A DNA stretch of 64,000 nt, taken from Nemertoderma westbladi (taxonomy: Eukaryota; Animalia; Xenacoelomorpha). The translations under genes and the position numbers were made by a program. Every line of letters starts with the position of its first letter. The first letter of the stretch is position 1. Positions 1-12,007 of the stretch are shown in pieces. A model generated the notes under the pieces. The model searched no databases. It saw only the letters and a list, made by a program, of their open reading frames with translations, and was not told the origin of the DNA. Location of the stretch: positions 10,428 to 74,427 of the forward strand of contig JAUCBJ010003847.1 of the NCBI GenBank assembly GCA_032718475.1, read 5' to 3'.

Positions 1-930
1 TGGGCGGAGGAGAATGGGTTCGATGCAGAGGACCTAGAGGCGATGGGATGGAACATAGGTGTTCCTGGCAAGCATCGGTATGAGGATGGAGAAGAGTGGA
101 CGGCGAGATATCCGGATAGATGTCCGGAACAGACGCCGGTCCAGTTGAGAAGCATACCGATGGGGAGTAGGTCGAATAAGAAGACAAGGTGGAAAGGGAG
201 AGGATGTGGGAGGATTAGACCAAGGGCGGAGAAGACGATGATGAAGTGTGACAAAGGAGGCAGGGAAGTTGGAGGAGATGTGTTGTACACGCACATGGGG
301 CTGGCAGAGTGCGAGGGGGCATTAAATGGTAAGCCATTATGCGTACCGAAGGATGACCGGGGGTCATCAGGGGCTTTAACGCCGGCGCACATATTGAGGG
401 GAGGCCAGCAGAGGTGGCATGTACCAGTGAGGATGGCATGAGGGGCGGCATTCTACCGCCAAGTGACGACAAGGTGGAGGGTGGAATTTTGCTGCCAGGG
501 GACCACGAGGAGATCAGCAAGGTGATGGAAAGACCCGATTTTAGGGTGGAGGAGAAGGGAAGGTCGATTCCAATAGAGTTGGAATTGACAAGGAGAGTGG
601 GGCGAAGAATAAGAGGACCTACAGGGGGGCAGTGGGAGAGTTGCCTGCTGGAAGAATCGCCCTTAGGTGGTTGAGTCGTCCAATAAGTTGGACTGAGGGG
701 GGTCGAAGATGGAAGAATTAGATCCGTGGAAGTGAGGATCGGAGGAAAGATAGGGGCCAAAGATAGGAAGACCTACAGGAGGGCGGTAGGAAAGTGTTGC
801 CTATTGGAAGGGTCGCCTTAGAGTTGAGTCGTCCAATATATTGGACTGAGGGGGGTGGGAATGAGGGCGAGACGCCCTTCCCACACATAAAAATAAAATA
901 AAAATAAGCAAAATAACAAATAAGTAGTTA
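1..930 (+). mobile_element. Truncated internal segment of a non-autonomous BEL/Pao-derived LTR element (second copy of ~54230-54920)
   Basis: Direct similarity to 54230-54920 (e.g. GGATGGAGAAGAGTGGAC...; TGGGAATGAGGGCGAGACGCCCTT); translations match (GEEWT.R.P.RCPEQTPVQLR). Confidence 0.8.
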
Positions 931-974
931 GTACCAAGGTACAATGTAGGTAATTACAATTATGTACGTCGGGT

Positions 975-1071
975 ACTACATTTTCTTTTTATAGTTCCGC
1001 CCGTGGCTACATTTTGTTCTTATAGTTCCGCCCGTGGCTACATTAAGTTCTTATAGTTCCGCCCGTGGCTA
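975..1071. repeat. 31-bp tandem repeat x3 (TATAGTTCCGCCCGTGGCTACATT...)
   Basis: Three head-to-tail copies read directly. Confidence 0.9.
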
Positions 1072-1591
1072 TGTTGATGGGTTTGAAGTGATTTTAAAAA
1101 ATCATCAAGGGGAGGTACTGGAGGCATCTGCAAACAATATTCCGCGATAAATTCTGCATCGAAAGATACCAAATTTAACCAAATTGTATTTTTTTCCAGA
1201 TGAAGAACTAATTCGCACGCCTGTTTGTGCACACCACATGTCAAATTTCCCAAAAGATTTTGCAATTTTTTGGAAACAAAGTAGATGAAGTTAGTTATGA
1301 ATTGAAATAAAAAAGTAATATTCTGGAAAATTTTTTTCTTTAAAATAACCCTTTTATTGTCTTGAAAAGTGCTGACAATAAAGTAATTATAAGATTATAT
1401 TGAAAGAGCATCGAAGTAGAACAGGTTTGTAAGTGATTTGAGCAAAATCCATAGACACACTCAAAAGTTATTGCAACTTTAGTGCCTGCGCGCCGTACTC
1501 CAAAACGGAACTCATTATCCAATATTGGTTTATGTAGTTAAGCGGGTCTTTAGCTACGTAATAAATATTCGAGAACACTAAATTATTTTAA

Positions 1592-2080
1592 CATTGAGTC
1601 ATTAAGGCAGCATCAGGAGTTGAATAGTACACAATCATTTAAATCTCAGTAACTATGGAAGCAATATAGTAAAATACTGCATTTCAAATTTCTTTGAAAT
1701 ATATTATGGTTCTATCTTTTATTAAAGAATGAAGCAACGAAAAAAGTATCAATTTAAGAATAATAAATTTTATTTGAAAATAATTATTTATTACATGGGA
1801 AAAATTTCATTACTCTCGAGGTATTTTATTTCGAGGTATTAATAAAGGGTCGAGAGAATATTGAAAAAAAAATGTTCTACGTTTTTTTCCCATGTAATAC
1901 GTGATTTTATTCTTAAATTGGTACATTTTGTTGCTAAATTATGTAATAAAACATAGCGATATACTACCGTACAGGTGTTACAAAATAAATTTGAACTGCC
2001 GTATTTTACTATATTGCTTCCATAGTTACTGCGATTAAAATGATTGTACTCTTCAACATTCGATGTTGCCTTACTCAATG
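1592..2080. mobile_element. MITE with ~100-bp imperfect TIRs and TTAA target duplication (piggyBac/Kolobok-like)
   Basis: TTAA|CATTGAGT...ACTCAATG|TTAA; CAGTAACTATGGAAGCAATATAGTAAAATAC is inverted at ~1995-2031. Confidence 0.7.
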
Positions 2081-2681
2081 TTAAGACCGTTTTGGACCAT
2101 TTTGGTCCAAAATATGTCGAAATTTTTTTATGGTCTATTATACTGTAATGCACCATTGAATGGTGTTTCCAAATCTGAAAACCGCTATTTAATAGCTCTT
2201 TTAGTTTTCTAGTTATGTAAATTTCCATTTAGGGAATCCTATTGAAATTACTATTACTATATGTATATAATGAAAGGTCGATTATCTCCAAATATTTTTT
2301 TCATGAAATTGTCAACTTCAAAACCCTACTACTTTTACAATTTTTGAGTAATTAGTCTGAAACTTCCTGTAGGTGTCTAGATAGCCACCCTGCATAAAAG
2401 TATCAGACAACTTTTTCGAAATTTTTTGTTAATAAAATTTAATACTATTTATAAAAAACCTAAAAATTAGCATAAATTTGCAGCGCCACCTAGCGGTGCA
2501 GAATTATTTTAACAAAATTTCGCCAGATAGTTATGTTGCCCCATCTTTGATCTATCATATAAAAAACTTTCATGTGATTAGGTTCAAAACTGTAAAAGCC
2601 TTAGTCTTAGTCTTAGCCCAAGTTTTTTTTATTGTTAACTAGTATTAACTAATAGTAAATAGCGAAAAAAAAATTTTCTAA

Positions 2682-4305
2682 CCTGTGGGGCGAGCCACGA
2701 AGTGAGTGAGCCTTAGCGTAGGGGTACCATTAATCAACCTGTCGTTCTGTCGTTCTGTCGCGTTTTTTTTTCAGTATTTTATTTTAAACGTTAATAACTC
2801 GGCCAATCCTTGATGAAATCTATCCAAACTTGGTACACATGTTGTTTGGCAAAAGTTTGAAAATTTTCCAAGTAGAATTGCGTGGGGCCTTCATGCAGCA
2901 TCAGTGTAACTGTTATTGCAGTTATAATAAATTTATTTATCCAAATTTAAAATGCGTTAAATTATTATTACTGTAGGATAAATCAGCTGGGTTTCTGACA
3001 AATTTTGCAATTCATTGGGGCTGTCTGCATGTACCATGTGTACCGGTACTGTCAGGCTGTACTCAATCCCTGAATCGAGAATCCTGCAATCAGTCAATAC
3101 TGCAATACTGGTCAGCCGGTACCATACACTGCAGACATGCCATATCATGTAATCTAATTAAACATGGCCCTGGCCTGGCAACCCTTGCGGTGATTATAGT
3201 TTAGGCCTAACTGCCTAATAGCCCAGTACCGGCACCGGTAATAATAATATAATAGTTTAGATAGTTACCGCTAATCATTCAGTCATTGGCACGGTACACC
3301 GTATTGCTGTACTGCCGTTGTAGTGCGCACCGTAGGTACCACCCTACTACCGGTACCGGCTGACCGGTGGCAACTAGCACTTCACAGCAACAGCACTACC
3401 GGCGATACACAGATTGGAATTTATGTAGAGTTTGCTCAACAGTACCGGTACAGATATAAAATAGTTACCGGTATCTAAATTATATATATTACTATTGACA
3501 AGTATTGAAATATATACCGTTATTCGTGTTATCAGTATTTGCAACATCTGACATTGAAGAGGTGAGAGAAGATGAATACCGGCACTCAGCAAAACCAACG
3601 CTTACAGGCTTATCACAGGTCGGTATGGTTACCTCGAAACCGGCGCGACTGTCCACTCGAATACAACTTCAAAACACAAACGCCAACAATAAACTGAAAG
3701 CGAATCAAATGTCTTCAGAAGAATCTGTCATTGGGACGAAGAAAAGGAAGCCGAAACTACGGGAATGGACCACAGCTAAGATTGAATGCTCCCATTGTCA
3801 GAGTTCCTGGACCGAAATTGAAACACCAATTGCCGATGGGCTTGATCTCTCAAACCAAAACTTCCTCTGCAGGCTTTGCGCAGCAGTAAAGATTGAAAGT
3901 CTGGAAGCTGGCATCCCTAGGTATTATTATTATAAAGAGCGTCAGCCTGCGTTTAATAAATATATTTTAATACAAAACAGGTCGAACGCAAAGAGGCTTA
4001 TAATGAAGACGAGTACTGCATTGATTATATTCCTATAAACCACCTGGCTTTGCATATTGAACGTGCGTTTGGAAATAAGTTCGTGCTACCCTTCCGTGGG
4101 TGGTAGATGTCGCGGTTATGTATTGGTGGGTGGGGGGAGGGGGGGGGGGGGGTGCAGATTAAAAGGGGTGAACACGTACTGTCCCCCTTTCTTTGATTAA
4201 TTGGTGGTGTGGGTTAATCTCTCATAACCTGATTTTGTGATACAGTCGCACAATTTTAATTTGTATCTCATAACTGGGCCTCGTGCTGCGCGAAGGCCCC
4301 ACGAA
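2682..4305 (+). mobile_element. Helentron/DINE-1-like non-autonomous repeat (boundaries approximate)
   Basis: 2682-2945 matches the reverse complement of 57630-57890; CTGTCGTT microrepeat, AAACTTGGTACA core, GGGCCT...AGGCCC hairpin at ~4277-4300. Confidence 0.45.
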
Positions 4306-4510
4306 CGTGTCATGTATGTAGAATAGCATCTTAGGCACCTATATGCCAAATTTTAGCCAAAACCAAACAATTTTGAAACGCTGAGAGTGATAAATCGAAG
4401 AGTTGTCCGAAAATGGTGTACCCCCCCCCCCCCCCCCCCCCCCCCCCTCTTAAAATAATGTAGTGTTCTCGAATATTTATTACGTTAACTAGAGAACCGC
4501 TTAACTACAT

Positions 4511-4647
4511 AGTAGTGTCATGTAGGCCTATATATTTGATACTGAAAGTAAAGTGAAAGTAAGTACCGTTTCGACCTATGACAGTATCTCGGTAATAATG
4601 TCCCTAGATGGGGCGATGCAAAAGGGAGGGGAGTCTGTATCAGTACA
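4511..4647 (-). repeat. Gypsy 3' LTR remnant, preceded on minus strand by PPT (AGAAGGGGGA|TG)
   Basis: Near-identical to 27856-27979; polypurine tract at 4648-4657 (minus). Confidence 0.8.
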
Positions 4648-4684
4648 TCCCCCTTCTAGCTCTGAGATTTTCTCGGAGTTCTCA

Positions 4685-5603
4685 TCAGAGTCTTTCGGGT
4701 GGGTGCCGATTTCTGGATGGGTAAGATCGGCATTGACCCCATGTGACAGGTTTGCGTAGGTGATTGTCGGCTAAGGGCTTCTGCAGTAGAGTTTTCTCGC
4801 CGCCTTGGATGATCGAGGTGTCATACAGGAGGAACCGGCGGTTGTGTTGAAGGACGAGCCTGGAAGCCGTTTGTACCATGTACCGAAGCTTTGGTCCAAC
4901 TTCGACAATCGTCCCGGTTTTGTCCCAGCGGTTGGTCAACGGATTCTGAATGCGAACCGGATTTCCAACGGTCAGTGGGTCGAGCGTCTTGGAGCCCTTA
5001 TTGTATTGGAGTTCTGGGACCTTGGAATCCAACTGGGTGCGGACTTTTTGATGGTCTGAGTGGAATGCCCGACTGTGCAGGGACCAGTGTGCGCATCTGG
5101 TGGTCGAAGAGGATTTTGGCTGGTGATTTCCCATGAGCCAAGGGCGAGTTCCGTAACCCCATTAGTCCCACCTTGAACGCTTTGGAGGTTGTTGACCCGC
5201 CGACCTTTGTGATGAGTGTTTTAAGTGCTTTGACTGCACTCTCTGCGTGTCCGTTGCTCTGAGCATATTCTGGCGAAGAGGGGCCCCATGTAATGCCGTA
5301 GTCACGTAGGAAGTCATGGGGGGTGGAGCCTGAGAATTGAGTTCCTCCATCGCTGCGGTATCGGGTTGGGATGCCAAAATGCATGAAAACATCACGGAGG
5401 CACTCGACTGTTTTTGCGGAAGTTGGTGGATTGTTGAATGTGTATATCTCTGGCCAACCAGAGTAACGGTCAGCAATAGCCAGGTAATGTTTCCCGTTTA
5501 ATACGAAAAAATCGCCCGAAACGTCCTCAAAAGGTCGAGTTGCTAGAGGATCTTGTATGATCGGTTCCTTTGGGAGGCTTGATCGGTGGGAGAGGCAAGC
5601 GCT
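4685..5603 (-). pseudogene. Gypsy integrase catalytic core and C-terminus (frameshifted)
   Basis: RPFEDVSGDFF...IADRYSGWP, FGIP..YRSDGGTQF, SSPEYAQSNGHAESAVK, VGNPVRIQ...WDKTGTIVEV. Confidence 0.9.
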
Positions 5604-6311
5604 AGTAGTAGAAGAAGGATGGAGCTCCCGCCCCTCCTCCCTAGCTTGGTCTATGGGAGATATCTCGGAGGACTATTGAAAATGCTAAATTTTGATGAAT
5701 TTTAATGACCATCTGTCACCGTCAGTATTGATTCGCGTCTTTGCATCAACCAATCATCGATATTCACCTACGCGTAGCCTAACCTCGCCATGCACGCCTT
5801 ACTCAACTGCTGTTACCAACCGACAGTATTGTTTCGCGTCGTTGCATCAACCAATCATCGATATTCATCTTCGCGTAGCCTAACCTCACGATGCATGCCT
5901 AGCCCCACCCACCCACCGCTACTCGACTGCTGTTACTCGATGCTTGCCTAGCCCTCTGGTTACTCCCCCTTTCCCCTCGCTACCATGACGACAACGATAG
6001 AGTCAGTCACGGACGTTGCCATCTCCACACTTGCATATACCAAGCTATGCTATTATATTGATTGTCAACTCATCGATTTACCCACCGCTACTCGACTGCT
6101 GTTACTAACTAACCAACCTACCAACCAGCCAACCAGTATGAGTCTTGAAATTCCGCTACGCGTACACGTACACGTTGTCGCATTTCCATAGTTACTCAAC
6201 CTAACCCTACCACATCTGTGACATATTGAAAGGCTAACATTATACTGCGCGTTTTTATTATAATTATTGATTATTATTATTATTACGCACAACCCAATGA
6301 TTCATATTCGT
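5604..6311 (+). repeat. Polinton left terminal inverted repeat
   Basis: Reverse complement of 23040-23747; 12 mismatches and no indels by manual comparison; internal ~100-bp direct repeats containing CCAAT. Confidence 0.97.
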
Positions 6312-6638
6312 CGACGCTAATGAACTAATATGTATGAGTGTTATATGAGACTTGAAATCCCGCTACGCGTACACGTACATTATTGATTATTATTATTATT
6401 ACGCAGAACCCAATATTTTTCAATTGTACTGTATTTCCCTACCAACTAATCAACCAACCAATAAACCGAATTTAGGCTATTTTACGGTTTAAGACCTGTA
6501 TTATTTTTGAAAATATCTTATATATAATCTCTTGCTTTAATCACAATTAATCATTTATAATGGTTTTAGTTTAAAAGTTTTTACTTTGTTTGTTTGATTT
6601 ACAATAAAATAAATTAAATAATATCTTCTGATTCCGAT

Positions 6639-6872
6639 ATGGTTATGCCAATAGTAAGGCATTCATTTTTTGCAGAAGATGGCGAAGCCTATATTGTTAT
6701 TGATTATACAATTTACCGTCGAGGAGATGATAAATATAAAATCGATTTTTCTGAAAAAGCCAGGAAAGTTTTAAGCACAATTGATATTGATGCTTCTGAA
6801 AATACAATTCATCTCTTAGATTACAACCTAAAAGTTGATCATGAGGGAAAATTAATCAACATCTTATTATAA
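6639..6872 (+). CDS. Polinton small hypothetical protein
   Basis: ATG-initiated 77-aa ORF co-oriented with the structural module; no recognisable motif. Confidence 0.4.
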   Translation: MVMPIVRHSFFAEDGEAYIVIDYTIYRRGDDKYKIDFSEKARKVLSTIDIDASENTIHLLDYNLKVDHEGKLINILL

Positions 6873-6903
6873 TCTATTATAATATTATAATCATCTATTA
6901 TCA

Positions 6904-7092
6904 ATGATAGATGGGTTAATTGTTATTACACAATACAACGAAGCTGGTGAAAAGTTTGAAATACAACTAAATCGACATAATCCCTACGAAATTATGTCTT
7001 TCTTTATTGTAATGATTTCAAAAGAATCCTTTGTCGAGACTGAAAAATCAACAGATAATGTTGAATTTGTTGATAATATCATCGATTCTTGA
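6904..7092 (+). CDS. Polinton small hypothetical protein
   Basis: 62-aa acidic ORF in the same orientation; no motif. Confidence 0.3.
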   Translation: MIDGLIVITQYNEAGEKFEIQLNRHNPYEIMSFFIVMISKESFVETEKSTDNVEFVDNIIDS

Positions 7093-7276
7093 CTTTTTCC
7101 CTTATATTATAAATATTTTATGATTATTTTTAAAATTTTGATCTTTTTAAGTATGAAAACAAAAAAATCAAATTTTAAATAATCGAAAATTGTAGTAGTA
7201 TTTGTATATACAGTATATCGGATTTGTTTGTTATGTATTGAGGTAATTATTTTCAATTTACTTTAAGATTGGGAAA

Positions 7277-7725
7277 ATGGATATTTTAAACGAAAAATGT
7301 CCAGTTTGCTATTATTATTATTGCTACATACATTATTGCTATAGTTATTGCAACATCGAGATTATTATAAATGTGAAAATAAACATGCAACTTGCGTACG
7401 ATGTATTGTACAATATTCCGAAATGAATAATTATTGTTCTAAAATTTGTCCTATTTGTCGCACACCCATATCTAAGTTAAATATGAAGTTGGCGAGATAC
7501 GAACCCTATTATTGGAAAGAGCTACGAAATATAACTTATATTTCCACGGAAAGTAATATTCCTGGAGATTTATTTACAATATTGGAGAATATTTTTTATA
7601 GAAATGTAGTACGACGGTGTTGCTACTATGTCCCTTATTTTTTCAACAGCGAACATAGAAAAATTATTGGTGCAAAATTTCTGGCCCATCTGGTTCCGGA
7701 AAGTCTACATTTGTTGGCAATTTAA
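7277..7725 (+). pseudogene. RING-finger (C3HC4-type) protein, frameshifted near N-terminus
   Basis: MDILNEKCPVC (ATG 7277), then in another frame CENKHATCVRC...CPICR; TTATTGCTA repeats lie at the frame change. Confidence 0.7.
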
Positions 7726-8297
7726 TTAAACACAAGAATGGTTGCTTCAACGAGCCTCCCTTGCGAGTATTGTATTGTTACGGGAGCAATCCCCCGACTA
7801 TTCCAGGTATTACTCACCTTTACAAAGGTTTGCCAGAAAATATAGATAGTTTAGTGAATAGTCGAGATTTATTAATTATAGATGATTAATTAACAGAAAC
7901 TGAGTCCAGTACAGCCTTAACTGTATTGTTTACTAAGGTAACTCATCATTCCAATATATTTATTTGTTTCATAACGCAAAACATGTTTTACGGAGGGAAG
8001 CATAACCGTACAAGATCAATTAATAGCCATACCTTAGTATTAATGAAAAATCCACGAGACAGTTTATCGGTTTTAAATTTCGCGAAGCAGATGTTACCAG
8101 GGCAGACCAAATTTTTAGTAGATTCCTATCAAGATGCGACTATTGAACCATTTTTGCATTTCTTAATTGATTTACGACAGGAAACACCCGAACATTTAAG
8201 ATTTAGATCGGATATATTTCGTAATCATAATTGTTACATTAAAAATTACATTGACTATAAACGTAGCGAAAATAATAATAATAATAATAATAATTAA
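7674..8297 (+). pseudogene. FtsK/A32-like genome-packaging ATPase with premature stop
   Basis: Walker A GPSGSGKS (7683), Walker B LLIIDD followed by TAA at 7887, then HHSN..ITQNMF, KNPRD, LIDL..TPEHLRFR. Confidence 0.92.
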
Positions 8298-8330
8298 TAT
8301 TTTGTAACAATATTCAATAATGTTGCAACA

Positions 8331-8714
8331 ATGAATCGACTTGTGCAGAAATATCGTAACAAATTGGAATTTCTACGCAGTGCTACCCCTCAACAAAGAA
8401 CTTATTCTATTAACCATACCGCGAGTAACGAATTAATACTGCTCTTTGTAAATACTGCATTAAATGTTCTAAAAGGTAACGTACAATTGACCCCTCATTC
8501 ATTTAGAAATATTCGTCGTTATAAAAAGGTATTAAAATCACTCAACCGCAAAACAAAAAATATATCAAGTTACAGAAAAAAGTTAACCAATCAATCCGGT
8601 GGTATACTACCGTTTCTAATACCCTTACTCGGCATTGGCGCGAAACTCGCTGCAGGAGCTGGTGCCGCCGCCGCTGGAGCGGCTATTGCAAAAAGAATTA
8701 ACCGCGGACGGTAA
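8331..8714 (+). CDS. Basic Polinton core/membrane-active protein precursor (adenovirus pVI/pX-like)
   Basis: Lys/Arg-rich, NVLKGN motif, QSGG|ILPFLIPLL protease-site-like motif followed by hydrophobic helix. Confidence 0.7.
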   Translation: MNRLVQKYRNKLEFLRSATPQQRTYSINHTASNELILLFVNTALNVLKGNVQLTPHSFRNIRRYKKVLKSLNRKTKNISSYRKKLTNQSGGILPFLIPLLGIGAKLAAGAGAAAAGAAIAKRINRGR

Positions 8715-8935
8715 TAATGGTTAAAACGGGAGTAACATTTAGAAAATTATATTTAGTATCGAGTAAACCGTTAGCTACTGATTTACAACCTCAAGATATA
8801 CCTAGAGTAAATACTACAAAAAGAAAACCCTTCAAAACATCAACTTCAAAGAAAATAAAAAAATTTCAGCTGTTTTTACGGTGATGCCCTTTATAAGAGA
8901 TTTGAATATACATATTACTTGCGGTTGTCGAAAAG

Positions 8936-10024
8936 ATGCCACGCAAGATGAGACCGATTTTAAGCCGAAGCTTAGACAAAAAACTGTTAAGAATTTATTC
9001 AGATCCATCATCACCTGCGGGTTTTGCAAGTATCGCAAAATTAGCAAAAGCCGCAAACATCAAACCATCTCAAGCTCAGAAATGGTTGAGCGGGCAAAAG
9101 ACATACTCCCTTCACACACCACGTAGACATCATTATCCAACATCTAAAATATTTACGGGATGGTTAAAAGATATATATATGATAGATCTGGTGGATATGC
9201 AGCAATATAAATCACAAAATAATAATTATAACTATATATTAACATGTATTGATGCCTTTAGCCGGCTTGCTTTTGCCTATGGTATGAAAACAAAAACAGG
9301 TATTGAAATTATTAGTATATTGCAAAAAATATTCCAGAAAGGTAAACCCACTAGAATCGCGACTGATCAAGGGTCTGAGTTTCTAAATAAATCTGAAAGA
9401 AAATATTCAGATACTATTAGAGTACAGTATTACGTAATGTACTCTGTGAATAAGGCGGCTATTGTCGAGAGATTCAATAGAACATTAAAAACAAAGATGT
9501 TCAAAATTTTCACGCAATGGGGAAATATTGTTTGGATAAAAATTTTACCAAAGCTTATCTTTGCTTATAATAGGTCATTTCATAGGACTATACAAATGAC
9601 GCCCATTGAAGTTAATAAATTTAATGAAACTGAATTAATTAATAGATTATATGGGAAATATAGACAGATTAATCACAAGAAAATAAAATTTAAAGTTGGA
9701 GATACAGTACGATTATCTATCTCGCGTACTGCTTTTGCTAAAGGCTATCGAGAACAATGGACACGTGAATTATTTATTATTCATCGGGTCAGATTGGATA
9801 TAGTACCAGCGGTAATGTTCGATATTAAGGACAGTGCTGGTGCTATAATAAATGGTTCATTTTATTCATACGAACTCCAAAAGGTCCACCCGAGTAGTAA
9901 TATTTATCTTCCGATTGACAAAAATATTGGCAAACTTAAAGAACGTGTGCGCAATGGGAAAAAAGAATATTTAGTCCGATTCATTGGATCCAAGAAACAG
10001 TCTTGGGTACATCATATTAAATAA
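8936..10024 (+). CDS. Polinton retroviral-like (c-INT) DDE integrase with chromo-like tail
   Basis: IYSDPSSPAGF, IDLVDM, IDAFSR, TDQGSEF, VERFNRTLK, FAKGY..QWT.E, KEYLVRFIG; intact 362 aa. Confidence 0.95.
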   Translation: MPRKMRPILSRSLDKKLLRIYSDPSSPAGFASIAKLAKAANIKPSQAQKWLSGQKTYSLHTPRRHHYPTSKIFTGWLKDIYMIDLVDMQQYKSQNNNYNYILTCIDAFSRLAFAYGMKTKTGIEIISILQKIFQKGKPTRIATDQGSEFLNKSERKYSDTIRVQYYVMYSVNKAAIVERFNRTLKTKMFKIFTQWGNIVWIKILPKLIFAYNRSFHRTIQMTPIEVNKFNETELINRLYGKYRQINHKKIKFKVGDTVRLSISRTAFAKGYREQWTRELFIIHRVRLDIVPAVMFDIKDSAGAIINGSFYSYELQKVHPSSNIYLPIDKNIGKLKERVRNGKKEYLVRFIGSKKQSWVHHIK

Positions 10025-10261
10025 GTTTAGGTTTATACTGTATATTAGTTCATTGAGTGAATAATGGTCACATATGGCCATAATTAATCAATGTTAACTC
10101 GAATGATATTACTATACTATACTGTAAGTCTAATATCTATAGTTCATTCGCTTTAAATAAAGCCAGTAAAATATTGATCCCTCGCATATACTGTAGACGC
10201 GGCAATGAACGTGGCAACAGATGTCTATAATTTAACATTATACTGTATGTACAAAGTAGTC

Positions 10262-10301
<40 letters not shown>

Positions 10302-10317
10302 AATAATAATAATAATA

Positions 10318-11150
10318 ATGACTATAGGTACATATATCACTCTAGTTTCAGATAGCTCATTAAACACATATCCTAATAATAACCCTAGCGAGTTTACTGT
10401 TGATTTAGCCAAAGAATTATATATTGGTCCAAACGCTAAAATTGGGCAAGCAACATACAGTAATATTACTTTGCAAACTCAAATCTCACTGTCAATCGGG
10501 GTAGATGCAAAAGATGCCAAATTATACAGTTTATTTCAAGGTATGCATAGCTCTATTCAAGTCATTATTGATGATATAAATAAACTGTTTAATTCTGAAG
10601 CGAAATATAAAGATTTCGAATTCATTTTTAATACAAATAATTCTAGAATTAAATTTAAATTTCCTAAAAAGTTGAAAAAAATACAATTAAGTCTACGCGG
10701 TGATTTAATACAAATTCTAGGCTTAAAACAATTATTGGATCAGAATCATCCGGGTATTCCGAATTGGGATATATACAGTACCACTACCGTAGATGAATTA
10801 AGCAATATAGAACAGCCGATATTAATTTTAAATTATAGTGGACCAAAAATTTCAGAAATTGGTATTTTAGATTTTCCAGATCCCACAAATATTACTCGTA
10901 ATAAAGATACAATCTTCATATATACAGATATTATTGAAAGCTCTTTTGTTGGTGATGCTTTAGCTCCGCTCTTAAGAACCTGTCCTTTAACACAATTAAA
11001 TCGAAAATATATTAATCACGAATACGAGAGCATTTGCATTACTCATTGTTGAATAAAAAACTAAAAACAATCTTAATTACTTTACGTGACAGTCAAGGTG
11101 AATTAATTAATTCAACGGTGGTCGCACTGTTATAACACTTAAGTTAATAC
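10318..11150 (+). pseudogene. Minor capsid (penton) protein 1, C-terminal frameshift
   Basis: YITLVSDSSLNTYPNNNPSEFTVDL...IFIYTDIIESSFVGDALAPLLR; continues out of frame as ILITLRDSQGELI. Confidence 0.85.
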
Positions 11151-11159
11151 GCGGTGGTG

Positions 11160-12006
11160 ATGGATGAATTCTATGTTAGGCTACCAAGTAACTCGTGTCC
11201 AATTGATTTTCCCCATAATACTAATAGTAATTATCAGATCAATTTTCATGGTGCCTTACCTATAAATCCAAACGAAAACTGGGTGGTTGGTATAAAAAGT
11301 ATATTTTACTTAGCCACGTTACCGTCCATGTATAACAATGTAGAGAATGTTATTTTATTAAAAAAGGGAAAAAAAAAAATTTTGAGGATACACTTCCATC
11401 TGGTTTGTTCTACAGTATTAATGACATTATAGATTATTTTAACACTGGGGCGTTGAAAGATAAATTACAAATAGTTGAAAATACTCAGCAAAATAGATTG
11501 CAATTTATTTTAGGGAAAACTGTACGAGAATTATTTATAGGTCAACAATTAGACTATTATTTTGAATTACTGAAAATAATCTCGGTGTGAATTTAAATCC
11601 AAATTTTAAAATTATTTTGAAGACGAAAAATAATATAAAGGGTTATTTAATAAAGATTATCGGAAATGAAGAAAAAGCTTACCAAATGGTATTTTTATGT
11701 CTTCAACCACCCAATTCTATTCCAGAACCTAAGTCAAACATGTGCGTGACTACTAATATAATTGAAAATGAATATATTAATGATTTTGACTTAGCTTTAC
11801 TTCGTTGCGTGGCGATACCTGATGATGTGAAATATGGCAGTGTAATAAATAAAGAATTTGCCAAGGATACAATTCATTATATCCCTGTAAAAAAATCATA
11901 TATGATAACATACATTCATATTGAAATAACAGACAAAGAAGGAAAAGATTTGAATTTTGAATACGGCACAACTTCTATTACCTTACACTTTAAAAAAATA
12001 TATTAA
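11160..12006 (+). pseudogene. Minor capsid (penton) protein 2, split by two frameshifts
   Basis: FYVRLPSNS..FPHNTNSNY, WVVGIKSIFY, ALLRCV, HYIPV, IHIEITDKEGKDLNFEYG...ITLHFKK across ORFs 11154/11405/11587. Confidence 0.8.
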
Positions 12007-12007
12007 A

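Noticed and set aside
3505-4038. 177-aa ORF with CSHC...CRLC (PHD-like)
   Set aside because: Non-ATG start, lies within a repeat and has an incomplete finger; at most a decayed transposon ORF1 fragment.
5692-6292. Short ORFs in the TIRs (mirrored at 23059-23659)
   Set aside because: They are duplicated only because they lie in the TIRs; low complexity and no motifs.
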